Assembly: GCF_036588685.1 (NCBI RefSeq)
Contig: NC_086373.1
Location: 27,590,001-27,654,000, forward strand
Length of the DNA stretch: 64,000 nt
Origin: Mytilus trossulus
Lineage: Eukaryota
Reading direction: 5' to 3'
In this document: positions 36,080-50,974 of the stretch, in pieces
Layout: every line of letters begins with the position of its first letter
How positions within the stretch are numbered: the first letter of the stretch is position 1
Made by a program: the position numbers and the translations under genes
Notes under the pieces: generated by a model
Database searches by the model: none
What the model was told of the DNA's origin: nothing
What the model saw: the letters and a program-made list of their open reading frames with translations, nothing else

Positions 36080-37115
36080 TTTAATGTTTGTCTGCATCGT
36101 TGACGTATTACCATTGGTTTTTTTTCTATCATTGAGGTATAATTATCGTTTGATGTTTGAATAACGTGTTGTCATTTCTGTTTCCTTGACGTTTGCTTTC
36201 TCATTTACTTATTATCGTTTGATATCTCATTGACCTAAATCGTTTGATATCCTTAAACACATTACCACTTAATATCTAACTGTATAATAGCGTGAAAACA
36301 TCTCGCTGACTTGTTACCGTTTGAAGTCTTGTTGACGTATTACCGTTTGGAACATCACTGACGTATTATCGATTGATATCTCGTTGACCTATTAACGTTT
36401 GATATCCAGTTAACGTTTTACCGTCGATATCTAATTGAAATATTACCTTTTGATATCTAATGGAAGTCTTGGTGTTTGATATCTTATTAAAGTTATACCG
36501 GTACCGTTGACATCTAATTGACCTAAATCGTTTAATATCCTATAAAAGCATTACCGTTTGATATCTCACTGACATATTACTGTTTAATATCTGGTTGACG
36601 TATTCCTAATTGGGATATCGTTGACGTATGATCGTTTGATATCTCGTTGACTTATAAAAAACGTTTGATACCCTATTGACGTTTACCGTCGTTATCTAAT
36701 TGCAATATTACTATTTGATATCCCGTTGATGTATGGCCGTGTGATATCCAATAGACGTATTATCGTTGATATCTCGTTAACATAATTATCGTTTGATATT
36801 TCTTTAACATATTACTGTTTGATATATTTTTGACGCAATACCGTTGATATCTCATTGACGTATTACCATTTGCTCTGTCATTCACATAAATCGTTTAATA
36901 TCATAAAAACGCAGTTGCATATCGTTTGGGACATCACTGACGTATTGATCACCGTTTGATATATTTTTGGCGTATTTCCGTGAACATTGATATCTCGTTG
37001 ACGTTTTATCAATTTTAAATATGTCCTTGACATACAATTATTTGATATGTCGTTGACGTTTTATCTTTCAATATCTCGTTGACGTATTACCGTTTCATAT
37101 CTCGTTGACGTATTA
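36080..37115. repeat. Degenerate 26-bp minisatellite (roughly 40 units)
   Basis: Consensus ATATCTCGTTGACGTATTACCGTTTG; best-preserved units at 37071-37116. Confidence 0.85.
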
Positions 37116-38199
37116 CTTATTAACTGCCAAATTCATAATTAGTGATTTACTCAAGTTTTCACATATAATTTAATATATAATAACATTATAAAACGAATCA
37201 TCAAATTACAAAAAGTCCAACAGAAACAATAAGCAATCCATGGACTCGATATAATGTATCAGTATTTCGCGTGTGTATTAGACTAGATGTTATCTAACTA
37301 AGCCATTGAGATGACCTCCGACAAATGCCAGTGCATAGTCATGTGACCCGATATAAATACACAAAAGACAAGAACGTATAATCGCAATGTTTTTCCTTCC
37401 AATTTTCAAACAAAATTGAACAAAACTGACTGATAATTATAGCAGAATTGTTTTCCGTTATTCCGCTGTTCTACTGAGTGTTTGAAAAAAAAATGATTTC
37501 ATAGTCGTAGCTTATTCCACTTAAAAGAACAACCAGAGGTAAAATTGATAGATTGTTGTTTGTTTTTAAATGTAAATTGGCAAATATTTGATGCATATCG
37601 ATACGATTAAAACATCTGAAAAGATAAGAAAAAAACTGATCAAACAGGGAAACTTCCTCAAAGATTCTTGGTAGAATAAATCTAATGTATTCAATTATTA
37701 AATTTCTATTACGATCTTTGAAATAATAAGATGATGAAATAAATCGAAAAATATTAGTTTAGGTGTAACAGACAATTAACAAAAATACTGTTAAAATTTT
37801 TCTCAATTAAGCATCAACTTGTTTTACAACGTTGCGAGCATTTTCATCATAAAACAATGGTGTATTTTATTTCCTTCCTGCATGACGTAATTACGCTAAT
37901 TAATTTAATTAGTGTAATTAATTGATTTAATAAGCTCTGGATAATCAACGCTATCACACGCAATTTTGTACTTCATATCTGTTAGTGATTTTTCAATATC
38001 GATCTCTTAAAACCTTTCTTTTCACTAAAGGTAAAATGATATACCTAAGTTTTTACAGGTAAAAGGTAATTCTCTTTTGAATAGCTTCACTAATTGCCTT
38101 CCACAAATATTAAATAAATACTATACATATAAAAACAGTAATCCTACCCGTTTTAAAACGGATCAACTTTTTGACAATTGAATGTATTACACAAACGAG

Positions 38200-38345
38200 G
38201 CTTACTCGTATCTCCGTAGCGACGTACGAATTATCATGTGACCAACTGTGAAACTCAACATGCGAAAAGTTTAGATATGAAAATGGTGATAATTTGAAAA
38301 AAATGTAAAAATCTGGATATATATGTTAACTTTTACAGGTATGTA
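38200..38345. promoter_or_regulatory. Candidate bidirectional promoter / first non-coding exons
   Basis: CpG-richer patch with X-box-like ATCTCCGTAGCGAC (38210-38223) and E/M-box TCATGTGACC (38234-38243); plus-strand donor CAG|GTATGT at 38339; minus-strand donor GA|GTAAGC at 38205. Confidence 0.4.
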
Positions 38346-39026
38346 GAGCTTTAATTTGTTTTGTTTCGTTGTATTTTTAATTGTTCATAGACGCGAAAGA
38401 TTCCTATACATCGTCGTTTAAACTAGCAGATGATATTTAAGTTTAAATATGTATTGAATTTTAATTCATATTTAATATAAATGTATATATAGTCTATCTG
38501 AACAAATTGAACAATGTTTGAATAATATTAAAGTGCATTAAACATTCATTATTTAACTTGAATGGTTGCAAACAAATATGTCTGATCTTCTCTAAAGATC
38601 TGCTTTAAAGGCCGAATATAAACATTATAATTTAACATGCTGAAATCAATTTTTGTACGGGATGAAAAGAAAAGGAAACGATGACATAATTGAACCTAAT
38701 GAAAGAAAATTATTCCTGTGACTGTAAAACTATACAAAGTGTCTTTTAAATTAGGTTATAATTTGAAAAAGTCGTCAGATACCAGACATCGATTTCAACA
38801 ATTTTTCCTTCGAGGGAGTGGAGTGAAAAACGCGGTGACATAATTGTATAGAATAAATAACTTAAGATTTGACTCTTGAAATTTACCTGACTAAAGGATC
38901 GCGTATATGTATTAAATTCACATTATCAAAGAACGTTACTTGAATTACATGTGTACATATTTCAATTGATCTTTTGATTCATTCCTCAGATTTGTGACTT
39001 AGGGTCTCGTGTAAATATACTTCAAA

Positions 39027-39364
39027 ATGTCTACAACAACACTGCCAAAAATATCACCAATAAGTACGCCAGTTCCAACAAAATGTCCTCGGACTTTATC
39101 AGCATCACTATCTACCAATTCATTCGGACCTTATCCTCCAAGAGAACTCTCAACCTCTATGGAACTTGTGCGTATACCACAGAGGATTAATCCATTGTCA
39201 CCTCCTCCTCCTAAGAAGAGGATAAACATGGCTTGGGAAACAGTAGACCAACATTGGCACAATGAGGCACGAAGGATTATGATGCAACAGAGAGAGCATC
39301 AGAGATATCACTCAGCGTGGTCAAAACCTTTTTATGGCCAACCTGCAGAGAAGGAACAATATAG
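39027..39364 (+). CDS. Coding exon 1 of an uncharacterised 212-aa coiled-coil protein
   Basis: Acceptor TTCCTCAG at 38989; AAAATG start; donor AG|GTATGT after 39364 (phase 2). Confidence 0.85.
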
Positions 39365-42300
39365 GTATGTAGGATGACTTTTTTGTGGGCAACGAATGTT
39401 GGTTTTTATAGGAAAATTTCACCATTTTTATCTACTATTTATTGATTTATTATATAAAGTCCATGGAACTGTACCATTAAGCATTAAGGGAACTGTCATG
39501 GTTCTCATATAGGGTGTTAGCTTTTCGGTTCAGATTGAAACTTTGCAGCCCCTTTCAAGACGAAGAACTCCACTATAGATACTGTTCCTTTGCTATATTT
39601 TGTTTGTTATTTTCAAGAATTTAATATGGTTATCATCTCATAATGGAAAAGGAGGTACATGTACCACCCCTTTACTCGTCATATTTTCAATCAGTTTATG
39701 AAATATTTTGTGAAAAGTACTTCCAGATCATATTTATTTTCCAATAATTTTATCAAATACACCAGCCCTCTCTATGTATATCTGTTGTGCTTATAATGTT
39801 AATGTGTATGTACATAACGTGAATGTGCATTAATAAGACTCTGTTTAATACATTACGTTTTACATATTACATAACAAATCTATTAAGGTTATAATCATCG
39901 CATTCAATTTGTTTTTAATCTTCAAGGTCATTTGAGATGTGCAAATGGGTTAGGTGTACATTTAATATAAACTCACTGGAATATGCTAGCAAATAACAAA
40001 TTGATATTCGAACTATTCCGTCACAATATCTTAATAAGACAGGTTTGAAAGTGATGCCGCTGTAATGTGCGTGCGATGTAAAAAGTTAAACAGTGTCAAA
40101 TTTTTAAGGAATCAAGTTAAGTCTGTCATGGTCAGGTTATCAGATAATCGTGTAATCAAAAATTATTTTTATAGAAGTAAAAATCAAAAAGTATTGTAAC
40201 TAAACAAGTAAAGTGTTAAAAATCACGTACGTGTAATCATTTACGTATCAAAAGCCGTGACCAGTAATAAAAATTTAACCCGAATAATCAACTTATCAAA
40301 ACCCACACTCATGCACTTGTGAATTGAGACAGTGATTGCTTACGAGTTGGGGAAAATGAACATATATGAATTTTCATTTTAAAGAAAACTTTCTAAGCGC
40401 AACCGCGATATGAATTTCGTACACACACATATTCTGAAGACCTTAAAATCTTTCTTACACCGGCAAGTCATTTCATCAAGACATGCGTTTCGTTCTTTTC
40501 AAAACATTTCAGTTAAAGATTTGTAAATTTTAAAGTTACAAAAGACACTTCAACACATGTAGAAATATATATACGCCATACCCGTTGAAGTATATGTTAT
40601 TTCAATTTTCTATTGAGTATTTAATCTCATTAAAATATATACGGTGTTGCTAACATCTATAACTGTTTAGATTTAGCACATTTTAATATCATTACTTACA
40701 AAAGGGTTTTAAATTGACAAATTTTAAATTAAAACATTCAAACAAAAGAATTGAAATTTAACACAAGTCACGATAAATTATGTGGTTTTAAGCGTATATC
40801 TTTTTCTACCTAGATATGTATTTGACCCTCCCCAGGAGCACATGACGAACACTTATCGTAAAGATCAATTTCTAGCCAAACTTTGATAACACTGACTACT
40901 TGAGACATTTTAACTAACTTATAAACTCTAAAATTTAAATGTAAAATTTACCTTTAATAAGAGTACACAGTTAATATTTCGTTTTGTAAATACCATGGTT
41001 AGTGCTAACTGTTTGAAATTTAATGTCAGTAGTTAATCCACTTTAATCCATCTTTTTATAAAATTTGGAATAATGATAAACTTCAGATATCACATTAGAG
41101 TGTTGTAACTTAGTATTTAAGATATGGAATTGACTGTATTTACATATACGTATGCGTATGTTTATTTTCGTCATTTCAGCCATCTTAAATTCATATAAAA
41201 GTTATTTTTTAAAAGACCGAAAAGAGACTAAAACCCCAATGCAACTAACAGTGTTCGTTTAAGTTTATTTCATTATAATATTTACCCTTCTTCTAAAATA
41301 CCGACCAAAATGAAGGATGATTTGGCAAATTGGGTAAAGAAAGGTTTTCATTTCATCGGTAACAAATCCCTTGCCAAAGTGAGACCGTCTTGCGAGGCAG
41401 GATATATAACTTCAAAACCCAAGTTAGATCAGAATAAGGTGTTACACGATACCTCGTATATATACATTAATATATAAAATAGAGAAAGAGAGAGAGAGAG
41501 GGAGAGCCACTCTATCTCAAAGTTGAAGAATAACTCTGATAAATCCATAGGCGGCCTTTTGTAAGGCTTAGTGTATGTCCCTATTCACAATACTTCTCCT
41601 CTCTCCCCCCCCCCACCCCCCACACACACACATTTTATACGTAAACATAAGAATATTTTGGCCTTGAAACCCTTCGACACTTATTGTAGAACATACCTAT
41701 TGTATTAGTTGTCATATTTTTTTCGTTTTAAACATGTATGAAATAGAAATATTTGTCACTGGATGTAAGTCAATCAATTCATAACCCATTTCTCGGGTCA
41801 AGTCTAGAGTACATCGATAATATATAAATTTACAAAATATTCAGGATTAAAATATACAAATGGTATGAATGCCTGTATTTCCAATGAAACAACTGTCTAA
41901 TAAAATTTTAATGAAGAAAATGTACGTAAATGTCAGTCTGCGGAATATAAAAAAGTATGAAAAGTAGTTAAAAGCTTCACAGATGTTCAAAATATGTAGC
42001 TACTGGTTTTGACAAGGGTCTTAAACAAATATTTGGACTAACACCTATTAAAGTTATTATCAGATCTTTTCTTTTTCTGCACTTAAATGTTAAGAGATAA
42101 AAAAAAACATGAACTGTGCAACATTTTAATTGAATCATTCATGACGAATAAATAAAAAAATAAATCATTTCAAATAAAATTATTGGTAAGATTCAGACAT
42201 ACATATATTAAGTATAAGACTGTATTGTATATAAGTATAAATATACTTCGTTCAAGTATTTAATCTGGCGAACTATTGATGTCGGAGAACACCCTCAAGA

Positions 42301-45300
42301 ACAAAGCAAACAATGGACAAACTTATTTAATTGAAATAATTGCAATCTACATGTATGTCTTTGAATGACTGAATCAACAGTAATAATATTTAGAAATGTA
42401 CTTATAGTTTTTGAAAACTAAAATATGAACTTGCTAACGAACAGTTTGCAAGGTTGCAAAATCTGCAATATTAAATTATGAATTGATTGTTTTGCTAAGC
42501 GTCCAGTGACACATATTTCATGCATATACAGGAGACGATTTAGGTGCTACAAATTTCGTCGAGCGGGACGAATACGTGAAGAGAGAATTCAAGCTCCTTC
42601 TATCAAAAGTTATACTGGAAAGAGTCGTACAAAATGCACCCTTCGAAATGTGTTGCAATGGTTTTTCGTATTGAAAGTCATATAAATCCTTTACATTAGA
42701 CATTGCATTTAAATTTTTCATTCGGACTGTTCAGTTTAATTTCTTTATACTTCGCACAGCAACAGATAAGAAAATAAAATAATTATTATAATTTCTCGCT
42801 CGTTGTACATTAAGAAATTTATGTAAATAACAACCTCTTAAAATCTTAGATACTTGTCAAATGACATTGAGAAAAACCAAATTAATCTATTTTTTTATGA
42901 ATTACTGAGAAAATAAAGTACAGTTGATTCTTTCTTCTAGTAAGCAATATTGATCTATAACATTTCAGGAATAATTGGTTTTTTTTTTAGTTCTGGCGAT
43001 GCATGTAAAACATTCAAAAGCAGCTATAGTGTAAATGTAAATCTAGAAGTTGGCACTATATTTCATTAAAATGAGAATCGTTTATGGCAAATATATAAGA
43101 ATGAATGTCTATTCTTCATACGGTGTCTTTCAAAAATGTGACAATTACTCCTTTTTTTTCCAATAAAGAATAACTTGAGAAGTTCTTTTGGTGACACTGT
43201 GATACCAGTTAATTGCTTTACTTACAAGTGCAACGTGCATGTAAATAAACATTCGATTGCTGTAGAAACTTTAAACAAAGAACGATACTGGAGAGAAAAA
43301 TACATATTTTAATTGAACCTTGAATTATTATTAAAGAAGTTCAATATCGAACTGCTAGTCATTTACAATAACTGGAATCAAATTTCAACGAAAATGATTT
43401 CAAAATGTAAATTCCTTCACACAAAAAATCGATTTCCTGTGCGACACATAATCCTAGAGGAAAATAGAATGCTTTAGATTATCTACGCAAAAATTCAATA
43501 GGTACTTCAGAAACTTAAATATTTGAAAAACCGTTAACGAGGCAATCTATAGCCTTTTTGTTTCTAGGGAAGAAGCATCGATCAGATTTCGTTCCAATCG
43601 ATACCAGGAACAATGCACGATTAATTGAGATTTTTTTGTATTATCGATTCGAATAGTTAAATCATATAAAGTTATTATCCGTCCAAAAGATTAAGAAATT
43701 ACAGCTTTGTCTATGCACCGACAATATGTAAGCACCGACTGTTTTCTTAAGCGATGCAATAGACTTATATTTATTCCAACTCATTGAATTAATATGTTAA
43801 CTAGAAGATTTATTGTCAATATTCTAAATGTATAACTTTTCATAGAAGATTTTTACAATGGCAATTCTAAAAAATCATAAATAGCAGAACCTAATTCAAC
43901 TGGATGTTCACCTACAAAAAATTGCACGATCTTCAAAAGAGCGAGACTGGGTCCGGGTTTATCGGCCCATGAAGTTAGTTTTATGCGTCTCTTTAACAGC
44001 AGAAAAATCCGGTCTTTTAATACTTTATTCCATTTTTTCGATTGAAGTAACATAAACCAATAGTGTGTTTACTTTCGAAACTAAACGAATTTAAAATGCT
44101 TTTGAAGTCACAATTAAATGCAGTTTGTCCTGCTGTCATTATTTGACTGAGAGAAAATACATTTTGTCTAGACTTGAAACGGTTTCAGATTCAAGAATAT
44201 TCTTTGAGCTCTTCATATCTCGTTGATAGTTTTTCATTTATTTTCTGTTTTACTGAAGTATACTGTACACGTATTCCCTATTCAAATTTGAAGCTTGATA
44301 ATCATTGCATCATAATGATAAAAAAAATTATATATACTAATACCAAATTTCTTTAAATTTCCAAGTGTTCCTATATAATTCATTAAGATCTGCCGAAGTG
44401 ATATAAAAGAAAAACGTAGCTACATTGTATACATCCTTCATTTTTGTTGATATTTTTTTTCTTTTGAATTCTTTATATTTGCTACGCTTATATACGTAAT
44501 ATTGGCATATTCAGGACTTTATATGGAAAATAAAATAAAACTTGAGGAGGAATGTTCCACCATAAAGCCAGTCAGTGCAAATTAAGTATACGCAACTGTT
44601 GAATTGAGGACCTATATTTATGGCAGTACATCTTAATTTTTCATGTCGATAAAATCGTAAATTATATCGATCAAAGACTTATGTGTCTATTAAAACATGC
44701 AATACTTTAATTTTAATGTATACCCCCTTGAAGTTAAAAGATCTGGTTAAATTTTAAATGACAAGTTAGTAACTTGGGGAAATTTGGATATTTACGCCAC
44801 CTCTCCTAAACAAATACATGTAGAGACATATATATTTAGCGACTATCGCCTTATAATTACAATTTTATTAGATGTATTTAAAAAACAGTTCAAGTTCAAT
44901 ATAATTACTTAGATAGTCTCTTTTATTTTGAAAGTATTATTTTTTTATCTGATCGTTATATTTTATGAAGATGAATGGTGTTTTTAAATTTAAGAAGATT
45001 ACGTGTCATTTAGTTCTTATATATATCTGTTGATATGCATAGCAAAGGATAGATCATTATTATTCATGAAAGTTTTATGTGTCCTTGAAAGGGTTTTTTG
45101 TAGTCTGTATATTTCTATTTAACCTCGCAATAATCTAAGTATGATATACAATAATAATAAGTTAAACTAAGACTTTAGTACACTTTAAAAGTAACAAAAT
45201 TGGTAGACGGATTTATCTAAACTTGTTTCCGAAATCCCATTTTTTGAATTTCATGTAACATTGTAATACGTTATGGTGGTAATTGTTCATTATTGAATAC

Positions 45301-47934
45301 GGTTTCAACAAAGAAGGAACAAGAAAGTTTACATAAAATTGCATATTTTGATTTTTTTCAACTACCAAACCGCATTATTGTAAGTATCTGTGAGTGCAGT
45401 GGCCGATATTACAAATGTATTTATTGAGAATAAAGGACTTTAAAGTGAACTTTGTGAGAAAAAAAACTTCCATTAGAAAAACACCAATAAAAGATTATTT
45501 AAACACTGTAATAAATTATTATAAATGTTTCTTGTATCTATAAATTACTTTATGTCAACAGGGTAAATTTTAGTTACATAGACATTTATATTTCTGTGAA
45601 ATCAAAACGTCAAGATAACATTTAAATATTATCACAACATTTCGTGACAGAATGTTTGAAGAAAATATAAATCTTGCATTAAACCATGACTTATCAATAC
45701 ATACCAATAAAAAGGCGGGGTTACAAATTTTGAAATAAGTAAATGTTTATTTATCAAACAATTTTAACAAAAGTCAATGTGAGATTATAAGAATTATATA
45801 ATATAAGTTGGTTATGCTGTAATTTTTGTAATCAATTATTTTGTTATGTTTGTTTTTTTGTCAATCGAATGACGTGTTACGAGAGAAAAGAACTATTTTT
45901 ATCCAGTATCTACAGGTTCACATAGTCTTAAGACTTGTATAACTACATGCATGTAGTTCAAATAAATATGTACAGAAAAATGAATATGAAGGGAAAATTT
46001 GGTTTTTATAGCAGATAACATTTACTTATGAAAATAAACTACAAGACGAATCTAATATATTCGCTTTTATATGTAGATTCTCTGCCAGAAAACCGTCACC
46101 GCTCCATAACATCGTTTTATCATTATGTATAAGTGGCACTTTTTATATGCATATTCAAGACAATTGATTTAAGGGTAGATTCTGCAAAATTTACAAACCG
46201 GGGTGGATGGCGGAACTTTTAATGTCAATGGTATTGAGGGTGTGCTGGATAATGGCAACAATTTTGCTTCGCACATATATCATAAGGACACGTAAAAATA
46301 ATAACCACAAAGGTTATTCAACAAATAGAGAGTGTGGCACTCCCACTAAAAGAAGCATAAGATTTAACTTCCAAATCCCAACAGACGTGGCTGCGTATTT
46401 ATAAATCCCGCACAGCCGATTGGCCGTTCCGCTTTAGTATGAGTTCAATATATAGCCTTGCCTGATGGCAAAAACTAAGATATATAACCGTTATTTTATA
46501 TTCAAGTTTTTTCTTGGGGCCAAACTCAATTTAGTCCTTGAACTGCAGTTACAGAATCGCCAAAAAGTCTCTATTCTCATAAATTTGTTCAGAAGTTCAT
46601 AAATATTCTGATCTATACATAGTATACTTCTTAATTGAATGCATCGTAAATACTTCATAAAGCTTTCATCTTTCATCTGACACATTTTTATTTTAAACAC
46701 GTTTTGTAAAAAGGTTATTGGTAGTGTAATGGGTATAGACTTTTCAACTATCTTCTTCAAAGAAATCATCCCATTAAATGTAAACATTTTCACAAATGAT
46801 TTCATATCTTAAAAACATTCTTTATGATCTATATAACCTTCATTTAGGAGAGTAGTCATACCTGGGTTCTTTTGAAAAGATTAATATACCAAGAAGTGTG
46901 AGGTATATAGTGAAGCTAGCTTAAATTGAAAATTGAATTACTTTCTTTCACGATTGACTTAATCTTTTATTTGAAAGTTTGTTGTGTGTTGGTAACCAAG
47001 TTGTCTTAAATTCTTGAGTAACTTAATCCAATTTAATTCGTTTATAGGTTGGTAATGTTTTGAGTGTTAATTTTGTCACATTTTAATTTAAGTGACGATT
47101 ACAGTGCCATTTAGAAAAGAATAGCGGAACATTTTATAAAGTTATAAGGTCACGTCAGTATAACAAATCAGAAGTAGTAATTAAAAGTAATTCATTGACA
47201 AAAAGTGAAAACATAACTACGCTAAGGCGGACTTCAGCAAACTAAAAAAAAATCAACCAAGAGACATTATGTTTAATTTCACAATGTCTCAAAATTATAG
47301 CAAAAGGACTCTTCATTTGCCTCCTTTTTATTGACGACAAGAGCTACAAGGACATACAATGTATAATACAGGAAGAGTAAAATTGTATCAAGAGTCATCC
47401 CTCTATCTATCCACACAATATAATGCAATCACAGACAACTGCATGGGACTGTGGTAAACGCAAAACATAGAGTTATAGCTAAGCTTGCATATTGAGTTGT
47501 AATACTACATGTGTATCTCTCATGTCTTCAGAAAACCTGATTAAAAACTGAAATATCTTAGTATATATTCAAGAAATCAAAAACATACTAAGTGAATGGA
47601 AGATTTCGAAGGAAAACATTAAAGATATTGTCCCAAACTTTAGAGGAAATGTTCTCCAAACATTCTAAGGCGACGTTCAATGGCCATGGCTACGAGCTTT
47701 TGTTTGGTCCTTCAGTTTGGGAAATGGTATTTTTCTTTGTGACATGTTTGGTTTCAGACATGACTACATGCACAGAAGACTTCACACGAACACACCATAC
47801 ACACGCACAAACACATAAAAACAAGAAAATGATTAACATTCCACAGAATTACACTGTGACCAACTTGTCTAATTAAAACAGAAATACTAAGTGTTCAAAT
47901 AATTATATAACGGTAACTGAATGCCGTCAAAACA

Positions 47935-48371
47935 GGTCCGAGAACACAATTAATTCGTAGTGCATTTCTTTTAGAACATAAATGAAAATAAAAAAAATCC
48001 CACCTGCGCTTTCTCAAAGAAACTTTTACAGTGTGTTGTACTACTTTTGGGACAAATTATATCAAATTTATAGAAAACTTCATCGTCTCTAACTCAAAAT
48101 ATGGACAATTTTATGTTTAGGGCGTCTTGAAATCTTTTGACAGCTTCCGAAGTGCTCATTTTCAACCTTTTTCAGCTGGACCAAATCACTACTTTCCTTT
48201 AAAATTCTGGACCCAAATTTTTTTACAGTGTAATTTCATCCCCCTTCTTGCAATTTGAGGCAGTGAACATGGAGAAATAAATTTGGAAGGGGTATAAAAA
48301 TTAATGGCAAGTAACCCACTGTCAACACTAGGGACTATAAAATCAAGGGACGACAATGGTGGTCTCGGACC
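47935..48371. mobile_element. 437-bp non-autonomous DNA transposon with a 4-bp TSD
   Basis: AACA|GGTCCGAGAACACAATT ... AATGGTGGTCTCGGACC|AACA; TIR 15/17 match. Confidence 0.8.
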
Positions 48372-49976
48372 AACAGCTAGTGTCGATTTTAAATGGTGTC
48401 ATCAGTATAGTAAATCTTGTAATTTGAATAAAGGACAATCACTATTGTTCACTGTGACATGTAATTTAAAATCTGTCTCTTATCTATAAGATTTCAAATC
48501 TGATTCTTATTATTAAAACCCAAATGTGGTGATCTGTGAAATAACATGTTAGATCTATACATGTGTTTATGTAACTTAAAGTGTAATTTTGGTAATAAGG
48601 TCTGTGATTAATTTGTAAGGCCGTTTAACCTCAAACAAATTTAGAAAACCAAAATATTGGAATGCACCAATGTTTAGCAGACGAGAGCTTTCTATCGTGT
48701 TTTGTTCTTCCGACAGGAACCCAGATTATAGTATTGGTAACTAATCAACAATTAAAATATAAATAAAAGAATATAAAAGATATATGTTTTCCCTTTTATC
48801 GCATTGCGTATTCAACACAATGCCATATTTTTTTAAACTCTGATTTAATCATTGAAAATTAGGATTGCACTTGTTTACTTGGCACTTGTCATTATCCTTA
48901 AATTTCTAAAGAAGTTCACCGGATTATATCACAAGACTTGAAAATATATTTTTAATACATAATGTTACAATGCATATTAGTTTAAAATCGATTCATTAGA
49001 GATTTTAGCAGGAAACGATATCTGATCAATCGAAAAACATTGGAAGCTTGTATATCAGTATCAAGTTCCGGTTAAGACAGTATAAAGGATTAAATAACTG
49101 CAGAATTGAATGAAAATCGACAATTTTTCTTCCATGAAGCTGATATTTAATGCAAACATAAGAATAACATAAATATTATCTTTATAGATAACAATGTTCA
49201 GCCATTTGATTGAATTATTTATATGCACTAGACAAAAAAAAAGTATTTTGTTTTTAAAAAAGTACAGTAGCAAGAACCTTTAGGAAAAACGTTTCATACC
49301 CCATCCAAGCAAAAGGCCAAAATAGAGAGAAAAAAAACCAGTTTATTCCGTGGGATGCTAATTGGAACACTTTCCCTATGATATATATTTATAAATCTCT
49401 GATTATATATATATCTTATTTCAATTGACTTAGATTCTAATGGTTACTTTGCTGTATTTGAATATAATTGTTACCGACAGACAGACTTATTTTTAGTTGG
49501 ATCGGAGCTGTGTCTGTTTTGTTGCTTAAACTGTATAAGTATTTGCCGCATGTTTGTTTTTAGTTCGTCTTTAACAGCCGTACTACATATAGGAGCATGT
49601 TCCTTGCTACCAACATACCAAATGATAACCGCTTAGTTCAGGTCTATCCACTTTATATAGCATATTCAGTCTATTCTTTATGTACATGCATTTCAGTTAG
49701 CGTCCGTCTGGCATATGCTTAAAATATTTGCCACTGGTCATGTAGCAAACACATTTACTCTAAAAAAATCGAGTTTGAATGAATATGTTCTTAAAATCTA
49801 GATTTTGTTTGATGTTTCAGAGCTAGTTTGTTCAAAGAGGGAGATGTACAAAGAAAGCAATTAAAAAATATTAGTCAAGAAAAACAGAAAATAATTTGGT
49901 TACAGAGAAGAGTTTTATGTTCAATTATTATTCAATTATTAACATCATAATAAGACGCTCCTTTTTCTTTCTTCAG

Positions 49977-50166
49977 GAAGCATTTTAGAGAAACACTAAA
50001 ACAGCAAATGCAAGATAAAGACTTTCAAAAAAATAAATTTAACAGAGAGAAAACACAGGAGAGTGCTATGTCTATAGCTTATGATAACAAGTGTAGAAAG
50101 GAGGACGTAGACAAATATATCAACAAACACATGTATTTACAACAATACAGAAATCAAAATAAAACG
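49977..50166 (+). CDS. Coding exon 2 of the 212-aa protein
   Basis: Strong acceptor CTTTTTCTTTCTTCAG; phase matches (AG+G=Arg, then KHFRETLKQQMQDK...QNKT); donor ACG|GTATGT. Confidence 0.88.
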
Positions 50167-50974
50167 GTATGTATTTATAGAAAGAAGGGGTTGTATGTTT
50201 TAATGTTATAGAGTTGAAAGCTGTTTTTTTTTGTCGAATGCAAGCAGGTGAAGATCACATTTTGCATGAAGCGTGGACAGCATTCAATTCTTATATTTTC
50301 AAATCTTTGGAATAAGTATATTTGCTAATCCTATTATCGGTTAAAGGAACTTTATTTCTATTCCGTTCTGGATTTAATCTTCATAATCTAAAAATATATA
50401 ATATATACAAGTAACGTTTATATTAAATATTTATTTATTCGTATCAATTTTCATCGTGTTCTGCATTATGCTATTGAATTCTGCATAATGTGTATAGTAC
50501 GCGTGTAATGGATATATGTCCATATGAATTACATGAGGTGAAGGATACATGTATATGTCAGTGACACAACATCAATCAATACCACAGGGATTTTTTACAT
50601 GCAATAGTTGAAAATATGATTTGCATTTCGTATGCACAAGTTGAAATGTGATTGGCAAGTAATCAAACATTTAAGACTATGAACATGATGAACATTTTAT
50701 GGCTTAGCTATTTTTCAACGCTTTTATTTTAGTCTAAAGCTTCGAGAGTGGCATACAATGCGACCAAATAATCATAGGCAACATGTTCCAATTCATCACC
50801 AAAAGGACCGATCATAGTTTGAGCATTGCAATATGCATGATATTTATTTTGCGATTTAAAAAATAAAATAGACTAGTTTTATGTTATCATACCGATTGAA
50901 TAAGATAGAGATTAAATTAACAATTTTTTTTTGTACCAGTAATTATAAATGTGTTTTGTTTATTTTATTTTCAG

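Noticed and set aside
42518-44356. Short ORFs in the long intron as a nested gene
   Set aside because: No recognisable domain or consistent splice pattern in any frame examined
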